Positions 22,920 to 32,585 of a DNA stretch of 32,585 nucleotides are shown here, one piece after another (positions within the stretch are counted from its first letter, which is position 1; the number at the start of each line of letters is the position of its first letter). The DNA comes from Octopus bimaculoides (Eukaryota): contig NC_068981.1 of NCBI RefSeq assembly GCF_001194135.2, forward strand, positions 177,752,172-177,784,756, given 5' to 3'. The notes beneath the pieces are model-generated. The model worked only from the letters and a program-made list of their open reading frames with translations. It had not been told where the DNA came from and searched no databases. Position numbers and translations under genes: made by a program.

Positions 22920-23060
22920 CTGCAATAGAATTGGACTGAGAACAGGGCCATAGTAAATACCATGCTGTATTAAATTCCTTATGAACTCAGTATTAGCTGA
23001 TAGCAGTCTTGTATATGTCACCTTCATAAATGGTATCCACCAGACTATGGAACATAAGAG
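22920..23060 (-). mobile_element. Possible very old non-LTR RT fragment
   Basis: HGIYYGPVLSPILL resembles the RT motif GV-QGSVLSP-LF; the upstream frameshifted segment resembles MYEG...EF. Confidence 0.35.
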
Positions 23061-23310
23061 CCATGTTATCTCTGTTCTATAAATTTGTAGTCTTGCACCA
23101 ATATGAACATTCATAATATTTTGAATAATTATGATGTTAGTAAGAATGGCAGCATAAGTAATAGCTCTTTTCACTGAGTCCAAATCCTACATGGGTTATT
23201 TGGTTTTCATCCTTCTACAGTGTATAAAAATAAATACCAGTGAAATATTGAGGTCAATTAAGCAACTGTTTCTACTACAAAATTGTTTGTTAAATGTTAG
23301 ACATCAGTAA

Positions 23311-23628
23311 TCATCATCGTTTAAACTCCATCTTCCATGCATGCTTGAGTAGGACAGTTGACAGGAGCTGGCCAGGTAGAAAAACTACCCTAGGCTATTC
23401 TGTCTGTTTTGACAGAGATTTTATGGCTGGATGCCCTTCCTAACACCAACCACTCTGCAGAGTGGACTCAGTGCTTTTTACATGGCACTAGCACAGGCAA
23501 AGTTAGTTTTGGCATGACTTTTACAGCTGGATGCCTTTCCAAATGCCAGCCACATTACAGTGTGAACTGGATGCTTTTAAAGTGGCACCACCACTGGCAG
23601 GGCAACCAAGTAACCTGTAAAACAAGGA
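23311..23628 (-). mobile_element. Diverged RTE 3' tail copy with a duplicated central motif
   Basis: Begins TCATCATCGTTTAAACTCCATCTTCCATGC; GCTGGATGCC(C/T)TTCC occurs twice (~23427 and ~23526). Confidence 0.72.
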
Positions 23629-24769
23629 ATTATGAGAGGGGAAGAGCATTTGAGGAGGAGAACTTGTGCCAGAGGATGAAAGGTTAGAGTGTGACAAAAA
23701 GACAGAGAGACAGAAGCAGGTGTCTTGCCACATCAGAGGAGGTGATCCAGTATCAGATGATGAAAGGTTAGAGTGTAACAAAGAAATAATAAAGCAGAAA
23801 TACATGTCTTTCTATAGAGGAGGTACATGGTTACCCAGTGAGAGAGAGAGAATGAGAGAGAGGTACAAGAAAGAGGCCAGGAACAAGTGTGCTGATGTAA
23901 AGAGATACTTAGTTACCTAGTCAGAGGGAAAATAAGAGAAGAGAGAGAGAGTGTGACCAAAGGTAAGAGAGAGAGAGTAGGAAACAGCAAAAGTGGAAGA
24001 GAGAGCAGAAGAGAGGTAGTGTAGTGCTAGGTTATACTCACAAGTAACAAGAATACGAGTGTAGAACCTGGGTAGATAAATAGAGTGTGGGTGTTGGGGG
24101 TGTGGAGAGCAGGAATGGAATTCCAACCACATTTTGTGGTTCACTACCTCAAGAGCTCCTTTATAGGATCCAGTGGCTAAGGACATCAACAGGAGGAACC
24201 ACGTCTGGTTTCGGCCCCCGACTCTTCTACCGTTTTCAACATGGCAGAGCCCCTTCCTTTTGGAGGTGTCTTCAACTCTGGTATTGAGTGCATATTTTTC
24301 TATTTTCTTTGACCTTTTGTTCTTTGGTTTCTTTGATGCTTCATCAACAAATGTCAGCGGGTTAATAACCACCCTACCAAATTTCCCTTTAAATTCTCGC
24401 AGGTAGGTTCACAAGACACAATCTAAGCTTCAACTGACCCATGGAGGGGAAAGGCATGTAGTTTTGGCCCACACCCTCTAGTCCTACTTCCAACAGAGTC
24501 ATGTTAGTTTCAGTTCCAGCAGCCAGAGCCGACTAGCTGTCTTTTGGTACAAGCTTTTGAACTATCAGGGAGGAGGATGACCAATGAATGAGATGGTTCC
24601 GTCAGCCCATCCTTTGAGCAGATCTTACTATTTTATAGTGTGGATATGTAATCTTATCAGAGCTGAAGTAGATCTCTTTGCGGGTTACTTTTAAGATATG
24701 GAGTTTCATCCCTAACTGTATTATGTTCAAATATTATTTGCCATTAAGATATACTTACATTCTGCCATC

Positions 24770-25208
24770 AATTCTTTTATTCTTTTATTCTTTTATTTGT
24801 TTCAGTCATTTGACTGCAGCCATAGTGGAGCACTGCCTTAAAGGGTTTTAGTCAAAGAAATCGACCCCAGAAACTTATTTTTCGTAAGTCTAGCACTTAT
24901 TCTATCAGTCTCTCTTGCAGAACTGCTAAGTTACAGACATAAACACACCAGCATCAGTTGTCAAGTGATGGCAAGTGGGGACAAACACAGACATACACAC
25001 ATAAATATATATATATATATATATATACACGCACACACACATACATATATACAATAGGCTTCTTTCAGTTTCCATCAACCAAATCCATTCACAAAGCTTT
25101 GGTCAGCCTGAAGCTATAGTAGAAATTTGCCCAAGGTGTCATGCAATGGGACTGAACCTAGAACCATGTGGTTGTGAAGCAAGCTTTTTACCACACAGTC
25201 TCGCCTGA
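24770..25208 (-). mobile_element. tRNA/CORE-type SINE, older subfamily, near full length
   Basis: Colinear with 30800-31218; carries the longer TTAAAGGGTTTTAGTC variant also seen at 30190-30573. Confidence 0.88.
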
Positions 25209-25994
25209 ATAACTATTTATAATTTCTATGTTTCAAGTAAATGTACATCAAAAATTTATAGCTGACTAACAGATATAAGGAAAGATTTTCAGGTATGGGA
25301 GCACCATCTCTAATAGCTCATTAAAATCTGTACATTTGCAGAACTATTCAACCAGCACTAAAATGTTGAAATATATGTTGTCAAACCATTTAAAACAAAA
25401 TAAATTAATAGTTACAAATCATGGGAAAATATTTACATAAAATTTGTCTTCTAAATATTTCAGAATGTCAAAATTTTTTAATTATATGTCTGAAATCATT
25501 TAATATAAAGACACAGCTTGCATGAAAAGAACTCACCCTTGCTATATCTCAGAGGTAATTAATGTTAATAATCAGATCTGATGAACATATAATCAATGTA
25601 AATTTAAAAATATTTCTGTAATGATGCAACCTGTTATATGAAGTAAAACATATATATAGTTGAAGTAATTAACATCTCTAATGTACATTTTACCGATTAC
25701 TAGAAATCCGTACGATTAGGAATTACATAAGCTATTATCTAAAAGGAAATGATTCATTTGACAAACAGTTCTTTTACACACAATCCCAGGATTGTAAGGA
25801 TTGTTTAAACATTGAATATCAGTCCATGTGATGCAATGTGCAGTTTCTGGGTCAACAATAAGACCACATTAGCTCATCAAACACATCACCATGTCACAGT
25901 GGCAACTGTAACTTTTGAATCACCTTATTTATCTGTGTGTGTGTGTATGTGTGTGTGTGTATCTCTCTTACTCAAGGAGCTATATATGTGTATG

Positions 25995-26026
<32 letters not shown>

Positions 26027-26027
<1 letters not shown>

Positions 26028-26436
26028 GTGCAGGAGTGGCTGTGTGGTAATAAAGTTCTGGGTTCATTCCCACTGTGTGGCACCTTGGGCAAGTGTCTTC
26101 TACTATAGCCTCAGGCCGACCAAAGCTTTGTGAGCGGATTTGGTAGACGGAAACTGAAAGAAGCCCATCATATGTATGTATATATATATATATATATGTG
26201 TGTGTCTGTGTGTGTATATGTTTGTGTGTCTGCGTTTGTTCCCCCAACATCGCTTGACAACCGATGCTGGTGTGTTTACGTCCCCGTAACTTAGCGGTTC
26301 AGCATAAAGAGACTAATAGAATAAGTACTAGGCTTCCAAAGAATAAGCCCTGGGGTCGATTTGCTCAACTAAAGGCAGTGCTCCAGCATGGCCGCAGTCA
26401 AATGACTGAAACAAGTAAAAGAAGAAAAAGAAGAAG
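26027..26436 (+). mobile_element. tRNA/CORE-type SINE with a deletion in the tRNA-like head, flanked by (TA)n on both sides
   Basis: A-box-like TGGCTGTGTGG, B-box-like GGGTTCATTCCC, CORE-like GGCACCTTGGGCAAGTGTCTT, internal (TA)n(TG)n, and 3' end CCAGCATGGCCGCAGTCAAATGACTGAAACAAGTAAAAGA. Confidence 0.92.
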
Positions 26437-26899
26437 ATATATATAAAACTCGTTATCTTATTTTCCTTCCATGCCCCACACTACCCCTCTTCGCCATTCT
26501 TATCCCCTATCTGACTCTCTGGCACTAATTTTCACTTTCCCTCTTGTTATCCCCTTTCCTAACACTACCTCTGTTAGTCTATCCCCTACAATCCACTTTC
26601 TATGATAAACCAGTGTAACTCCTATAAGTGCTTTCTTGGACCCTGACAAACTGCCCAACCCATATAGACACGACAAGCAGACCTACCTACCCCATCGCTG
26701 AGTCCACTACTCAACCCGACCTATCATCCCTATCATTATGCCCTTACTTCTCCATCACACTCATTCCTGACATAATTCCTCTACCTTCCCTTCACCACAC
26801 CTCTGTTTATTCCATTACTCACAACCTACTGCCAATCCCTCTGCTATTCTCTCCACTGTCATCCTCTTAGAATGATAAATCTATTCCATTCTATTCATC

Positions 26900-27200
26900 A
26901 TAGGGGAGGGAGGGGCTCTCTTTCACTTTGTGAGATACAAGATGACCCCCAACACTGCTGGCACCCCAAAAAGGACCCTGTATGGCTTGAAGTGGCTGGT
27001 TAACAATTTGAGTATTTGAGCAACAACAACACTAGTCTCGAGAGGGGTTTGTAGATTTGCCAACAGCAAAGAAATCTCTATAGCACTGGGGTCAAAAATG
27101 CGATTCATGTTTAGGAAGGGCCTCCAGCTGTAGAAACCATGCCAAAAGTAAGACACTGGACAAAGGTGTTGTCCTCTGACCCATTGAATCCCATTGAATC
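26900..27200 (+). mobile_element. Diverged partial RTE 3' tail copy
   Basis: TTAGGAAGGGCCTCCAGCTGTAGAAACCATGCCAAA (~27112-27147) matches the tail-family core; it is preceded by a pyrimidine-rich tract at ~26450-26870. Confidence 0.55.
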
Positions 27201-27227
27201 ATTCTCTTTCTCTGGTCAACATGTTAA

Positions 27228-27445
27228 CCCTTTTGTGTTCAGATTATTTTGTTAAATGTAATGTTTGTTTATTTGTATTGTTTAAATTAATCATGCATTA
27301 TCTTGTAGTTTTGAGATTTCAATGATGTGATTGTTTAGTTTTAGAATGACATTGTAGGGATGAGATGAGAGCCCAGATCTGGTCAGTTTCGACATAAACA
27401 GGTTAGATATTTTGGCCTGATATGGCCAGTTTGAATGTTAAAGGG
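27228..27445. mobile_element. piggyBac-like MITE, copy 2
   Basis: TTAA at 27224-27227 is followed by CCCTTT; the right end is AATGTTAAAGGG followed by TAAA (degenerate TSD). Internal identity with 1624-1831. Confidence 0.72.
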
Positions 27446-27496
27446 TAAAAGGATGATTCAACAGGAAACAGATGTTAAATGCTGCTGCTGGTGACA

Positions 27497-27499
<3 letters not shown>

Positions 27500-27569
<70 letters not shown>

Positions 27570-27572
27570 ATG
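27500..27572. repeat. (TG)n microsatellite
   Basis: Directly visible. Confidence 0.96.
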
Positions 27573-27639
27573 ATTGTGTTTGTATGTGTTTACACATTTA
27601 TATATATAAGATATACAACACCATCATAGTCGTCATCAG

Positions 27640-29686
27640 CATCATCATCAGCATCATCATCATTTCACATCCATTTTCTATACTGGCATGAGTGGGATGG
27701 TTTCACAGGATCTGGCAAACCATAAAGCCATGTTAGGCCCCAACATCAGTTTTGGTATGGTTTCTATGTCTGGATGCCCTTTCTAACACCAGTTACTTTA
27801 CAGAATGTACTGGGTACTTTTTTTTTGTACCACTGGCACTAGCAAAGGTTATCAAGTAACTTACGAGAGAAGACAAAATGCAGAGAAAGGAAAAGAAAAA
27901 GGGGAAAAAACCTCTTTGACTAAACGAAGTGATTAAAAGTGTTTGAGAATCGGAAGATGATGGTTTGATGCCATGTGTTGAGAGGCTAGAAGGTAATGGA
28001 AGAAGAAGCCCAGATGTTTTGTAATAGAGATACAAGGTTACCCCTGCATTATATAAGACTGGGTGGGATTAGATGGAAAGCTGGAAAGAAGACAGGAGTG
28101 ATGGTGAGAAGTTGGAGCATCTCAAGATGCAATGGATTGTGGGTGGTACAGAGGGGGAAAGGCAGGGGTAGAGGTGCAGATAGTGAGTAGTTGTGAGAGT
28201 TATAGGGGTTAGTGGGGGTGTGATAGCAGATGAGGGGACATTGTGAGTGATACCAGGGAAGAGGGATATTAAGAAAGGAGTATAGAATAGGGGAGCAATG
28301 ACTGAAGGTGCAAAAGGTAGGTGATTGGTGGAAATAGTGTGGGCAGGGATGATAATGAGAAATGGAAGAGGTTTAGGGGAGGTAACTGGAAGAGAAGGGA
28401 TGTAGTATGTGCCTATTCTGCTCTCAAATGATTACAGCATCCGAGTAGTACCCTAGACAGAAAAATGTTGAGTGTTAGGAGATGTGGGGGAAATGCTTGA
28501 CAGAGCAGAGAGAGAGGAGGTAGGGCAGAGACCCCACGCACAAGCATAACCAAGATGGTTTTAGGATATCATTTCTGCTGTGATGGACGTGTCTTTTCAA
28601 GCACAGCAAATCACCAATCAACTCGGTCTTTTGTCATCTTTGTAAGTTTCATCATCTAAAGATCAGATTTCACTACTTTGTCCCATGTCTTCTTGGGTCT
28701 CCTTCTTCTACAAGTTCCATCCACTTTAAGAGATTGGCACTTCTTTGTGCAGCTGTCTTCATCCACTTACATCACATGACCAAACCAAAACAGTCTTCTC
28801 TCTTGCACACTATATCTGATTCCTCTTGTGCTTAAATTTCCTCTCAGTACATTGTTGTTGTATGCACACTGATATTGTGCATCCAACAGAGCATACTAGC
28901 TTCATTCTTCTCTAGTTTTCACATGTCCTCTACATCCAGAGCCCATGTCTAACTATCATGTAGCATTGCTGTATATACACAAGCATAATATAATCTACCA
29001 TTCACATGGAGAGTGAGACCTGCTGATGCCAATAGAGGTAATAGTTCTCTGAACTGTCCTTATTCTAGCAACTTCATTCCTGAACAGCCTACTCCACAGC
29101 TAATTAGGTCACCTGTGTAACAGAAATCACCTAGGTAACAGAAATCATTCACTACCTCAAGGGAACCTCCAGTGCTGTTGGCAAATAAAATTTCCTATAT
29201 ATCATTAGTCTTTACGGCTTTTGTGCCACTTCCACATACAACACAACTTTCTCTGTTAACCTTCTGGTGATTCCACTGCATTTTTTAAGCATCAATACAT
29301 TGCACTAGGCACCATATGGAATTCCTACCTACACCTTTCCTGCATATCCAGTGAAGCCATTACCTGAAAGTGGTTAGGCTCTTGTCTGTTTTCTTGCTTA
29401 CTAAACCTTGGATTTTGTTAAGTTAACTTTAAACCCTTCTATTCTAGATTTTGCTTCCACACTTGAAATTTCTTTTCTAATTCTGTTACAGATTCTGCTA
29501 TGAGAGCAAGATCATCAGCATTCAGTATCCCAAGGGCAGCCAGTCTTAAATTCCTCTGTTATGGCCTGGAGGACAATGATGAATAGAAATGGACCGAAGA
29601 TCAAGCCTTAGTGAACGCTTACCTGCGCACTAAATTCATCACTTCACTTATGGCAAACTCTCACCTTACTGACAGCACACCTGTAC
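27640..29686 (-). mobile_element. Old RTE LINE 3' portion: RT (28540-29686), low-complexity spacer (~27870-28540), and 3' tail with (GAT)n (27640-27870)
   Basis: Minus-strand translation gives AVSKVRV...FLFIIVLQAITEEFKTGCPW...ADDLALIAESVTELEKKFQVWKQNLE...RPKKTWDKVVKSDL...AVLEK. The tail at 27640-27870 matches the family. Confidence 0.85.
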
Positions 29687-29859
29687 ATGTCTTTTACAGC
29701 TTTCACAAGCCATTCATCTATCTCTAGTTTATTCAGAGATCATCATGTCACATATACATACAAAACACACACACAAGTATGTATATGCATATGTGTGTAT
29801 ATGTATGTATGTATGTATGTATATGTATGTATGTATGTATCTAAAGTCACTGTCCCTCG

Positions 29860-30130
29860 ATACAGCTGCCCCCGCCACTTAGTTGAGGGGTCTTGTCTTG
29901 TGAGTTATCTGGTGACCTCACAAGTATCAGTGCCAGGGTAAAAGCACCCAGTGCACTTTGTACAGAGACTGGCATTAGAAAGAGCATCTAACCATAGAAA
30001 CTATGCCAAAGCAGATACCAAGAGTTTGATGCAATCCTCCAGTTCACCACATCCTGTCAAGCCATCCAATCCAGCCCACACCAACATGGAAGATGGACAT
30101 TAAGTGATGATGATGGTGGTAATGATGATG
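29860..30130 (+). mobile_element. RTE 3' tail copy ending in (GAT)n
   Basis: AAAAGCACCCAGT...CATGGAAGATGGACATTAAGTGATGATGATGG; its 5' part matches the reverse complement of ~5995-6036. Confidence 0.75.
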
Positions 30131-30189
30131 ATATATATTGTATTTATATATGTGTGTGAATGTGTGTGCATGTGTGTGCATGTGTGTGT

Positions 30190-30573
30190 ATTCTTTAACT
30201 CTTTTACTTGTTTCAGGTCATTTGACTGCGGCCATACTGGAGCAATGTCTTGAGGGGTTTTAATCAAACAAATTGACCCCAGGACTTATTTTTAAGCCTA
30301 GTACTTATTCTATCAGTCTCTTTTGCTGAACCACTAAGTTACGGGGATGTAAACATATCAACACCGGTTGTCAAGCTGTGATGTGGGGGAGGGGACAAAC
30401 ACAGACACAAAGAAACACACACACATATATATGATGGGCTTCTTTCAATTCCCATCAATCAAATCCCCTCATAAGGCTTTGGTCAGCCTAAGGCTATAAT
30501 AAAAGTCACTTTCCAAAGGTGACATGCAGTGGGACTGAACCTGGAATTATGTGGTTTGGAAGTAAGCTTCTTA
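30190..30573 (-). mobile_element. tRNA/CORE-type SINE, older subfamily, 5' end truncated
   Basis: Colinear with the other four copies. Confidence 0.87.
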
Positions 30574-30584
30574 TATATATGAAA

Positions 30585-30780
30585 ATATCGTCATCACCCT
30601 CATCATCATTTAACGTCTGTTTCCCATGCTGACTTGAGTTAGACAGCTTGACAGGAACTGACAAGGCCAGGGGTCATACCAGGTTCCATAATCTATTTTG
30701 GCTTGATTTCTACAGTTGGATGCCCTTCCTAATGCCAACCACTTTACAGAGTGTACTGGGTGCCTTTTATGTGGCACCCA
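30585..30780 (-). mobile_element. RTE 3' tail copy, cut off at a (TA)n tract where a SINE lies
   Basis: CATCATCATTTAACGTCTGTTTCCCATGCTG...GGATGCCCTTCCTAATGCCAACCAC...GGGTGCCTTTT. Confidence 0.8.
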
Positions 30781-30799
30781 GTATATATATATATATATT

Positions 30800-31014
30800 T
30801 TACTCAGTTACTCTTTTACTTGTTTCAGTCATTTGACTGCGGCCATGCTGGAGCACTGCCTTTTAGTTGAGCAAATCGACCCCAGGACTTAGTCTTTGTA
30901 AGCCTGGTACTTATCATTTCGGTCTCTTTTGCTGAACCGCTAAGTTACGGGGATGTAAACACACCACCATCGGTTGTCAAGCAATGTTGGGGGCACAAAT
31001 ACAGACACACAAAC

Positions 31015-31057
<43 letters not shown>

Positions 31058-31218
31058 TACGACAGGCTTCTTTCAGTTTCCGTCTACCAGATCCACTCAC
31101 AAGGCTTTGGTCGGCCCGAGGCTATAGCAGAAGACACTTGCCCAAGGTGCCATGCAGTGGGACTGAACCCGGAACCATGTGGTTGGTAAGCAAGCTACTT
31201 ACCACACAGCCACTCCTG
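30800..31218 (-). mobile_element. Full-length young tRNA/CORE-type SINE
   Basis: The minus strand reads CAGGAGTGGCTGTGTGGTAAGTAGCTTGCTTACCAACCACATGGTTCCGGGTTCAGTCCCACTGCATGGCACCTTGGGCAAGTGTCTT (A box, anticodon-like arm, B box, CORE-like segment). It has an internal (TA)n and is flanked by GTATATATA on both sides. Confidence 0.93.
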
Positions 31219-31521
31219 TATATATACATTATGTCAGCATAGAAAAATCCAAGCTGTGTCCTCTTGAGCACATCTGCTTATTCCAGTATTACAATATAGT
31301 ATGTTGTTGTTGTTGTTGTATTGATGTGAGTTACATATTAGAGCTGAAAATTCTACAAATATTATTTGCAGCGTTATCATATAACAAAACGAGAAGCTGA
31401 AAACTTTTTCTGGTAATATTTTAATATTTATTTTCCATTACACATGTTTCATTTGCTGATGAGAATCACAAAATTATACATGTTGGATAAATGTGTAACA
31501 AATTTCTTTAAACAGTCAAAC

Positions 31522-31569
<48 letters not shown>

Positions 31570-31570
<1 letters not shown>

Positions 31571-31891
31571 CACCATCATCATCATCATTTAGCATCCAGT
31601 TTCCTTGCTGGCATGGGTTAGACGGTTTAACTGGAACTGGTAAGCCAGAGATCTGTACAAGGTCCCAGTCTGTTTTGGCTTGGTTTCTACAGCTGGATGC
31701 CCTTCCTCATGCCAACTACTCCAAGAGTGTAGTGGATGCCTTTTACGTGTCACCAGCATAGGTACCTCTTACATGTCACTGGCACTGGCCACAACTATGA
31801 TTTCACTTGGTTTGACATATCTTCTCAAGCACAGCAAATCTTGATCACTTGTCATCCCCTCCATGAGACACAACATCCAAAGATCATGCTT
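31570..31891 (-). mobile_element. 5'-truncated RTE LINE: last ORF codons plus short 3' UTR and (GAT)n tail
   Basis: The minus strand gives KHDL...AVLEK-like codons at ~31800-31891 running directly into the tail family and a (GAT)n end next to (CA)n. Confidence 0.8.
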
Positions 31892-31959
31892 GACCCCTCT
31901 CTAATTATTTACTGTTGTTATAATTCATGCACATCAAAAGCTATGAACAGATAAACTGG

Positions 31960-32535
31960 TTCTGTTTGTTCTTTATTCGCTTTAATCCATACATTATTCT
32001 ACCCTGTCGACTCCAATCTGTCTTAATCTAATTTAATCTAATTTACTGTTTGCTCCTTCTCTTCTCCTTTTGTCACTGTGTAAAACCCATCTAAGTCATC
32101 CCTCTCTCTCCATTTCTGCCCTGGCTTTGTTTCCTTATCCACAATGAATATTTACCTATTCTATCTACACTGTCTCTCATTAAAGTTGGCTCGTGTCCTG
32201 AGCTGTTGTGTATTCTATGTTGTTCTAAGAGACCACCAGCATGGCTTTCACTTCTGGCAGCCATCTTGCCTTTTTGCTGCCACTCTTATATATAAATAAG
32301 CTCCCTAGCCACTGTGTTTCTTCTCTAACGGTCAGCCATAGCTATGATTGACCGTTGACCGAACACTATTCAATTTTTTTTCTCCGTATTTTTCTCCTTG
32401 TCTCCGTATTCTTTCTGTTGAAGAGCGTAGCTCGAAACGTTAAAGACTTTCCGTATTCCCGAGCGTCATACTAATACATCCTTTTGTTGTTTACACCACC
32501 TGTCCTCGTCTGTTGTTGTTTTTTCGTACATTCTC

Positions 32536-32540
<5 letters not shown>
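31960..32540 (+). mobile_element. Probable Penelope-like element 3' end (pseudo-LTR) abutting (TA)n
   Basis: It contains a minimal hammerhead-like motif, a TATA-like TATATATAAATA (~32287-32298) and a T-rich tail running into (TA)n. No RT or GIY-YIG coding sequence was recognised, and the left boundary is uncertain. Confidence 0.45.
32410..32446 (+). ncRNA. Minimal type I hammerhead-ribozyme-like motif with variant core (CUGUUGA)
   Basis: Stem I UCUUU (32410-14)/AAAGA (32442-46); core CUGUUGA plus an extra A; stem II GAGC-gua-GCUC; GAAA; loopless palindromic stem III ACGU; cleavage triplet GUU (32439-41). Confidence 0.6.
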
Positions 32541-32576
<36 letters not shown>

Positions 32577-32585
32577 TACATACAC

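Noticed and set aside
23655-23800. Duplicated GATGAAAGGTTAGAGTGT motif about 85 nt apart
   Set aside because: It lies in the low-complexity LINE spacer, where local duplications are expected.
31160-31218. tRNA gene
   Set aside because: A and B boxes are present but run into the CORE-like SINE body with no acceptor-stem closure; it is a SINE head.
1-32585. Orientation bias of retroelements (roughly 12 minus versus 7 plus)
   Set aside because: The sample is too small to be significant and several fragments are not independent insertions.

Overview
AT-rich, repeat-dense eukaryotic genomic DNA with two assembly gaps (N at 12262-13167 and 18954-19927). It contains no prokaryotic genes, rRNA, tRNA genes or CRISPR arrays. 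The repeat families look like an octopus genome (my recollection of these families, not verified by search). They include five copies of a tRNA/CORE-type SINE with an internal (CA/TA)n tract, several RTE-clade LINE fragments plus about ten copies of a shared 3' tail ending in (GAT)n, two Tc1/mariner remnants and two TTAA-flanked MITEs. A Penelope-like 3' end also carries a hammerhead-ribozyme-like motif. The window is probably intronic. The only reasonably supported host exon is a 48-nt symmetric phase-1 exon on the minus strand (13980-14027; SLNYTSYTLDSENRT, two N-glycosylation sequons). Most ORF-track entries are artefacts of microsatellites, low-complexity sequence or N-gaps. The best leads are the variant-core minimal hammerhead at 32410-32446 and a 76/77-nt-arm inverted repeat at 4342-4545 whose substitutions are mostly G:U-compatible on one strand. 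All alignments and translations were done by eye.
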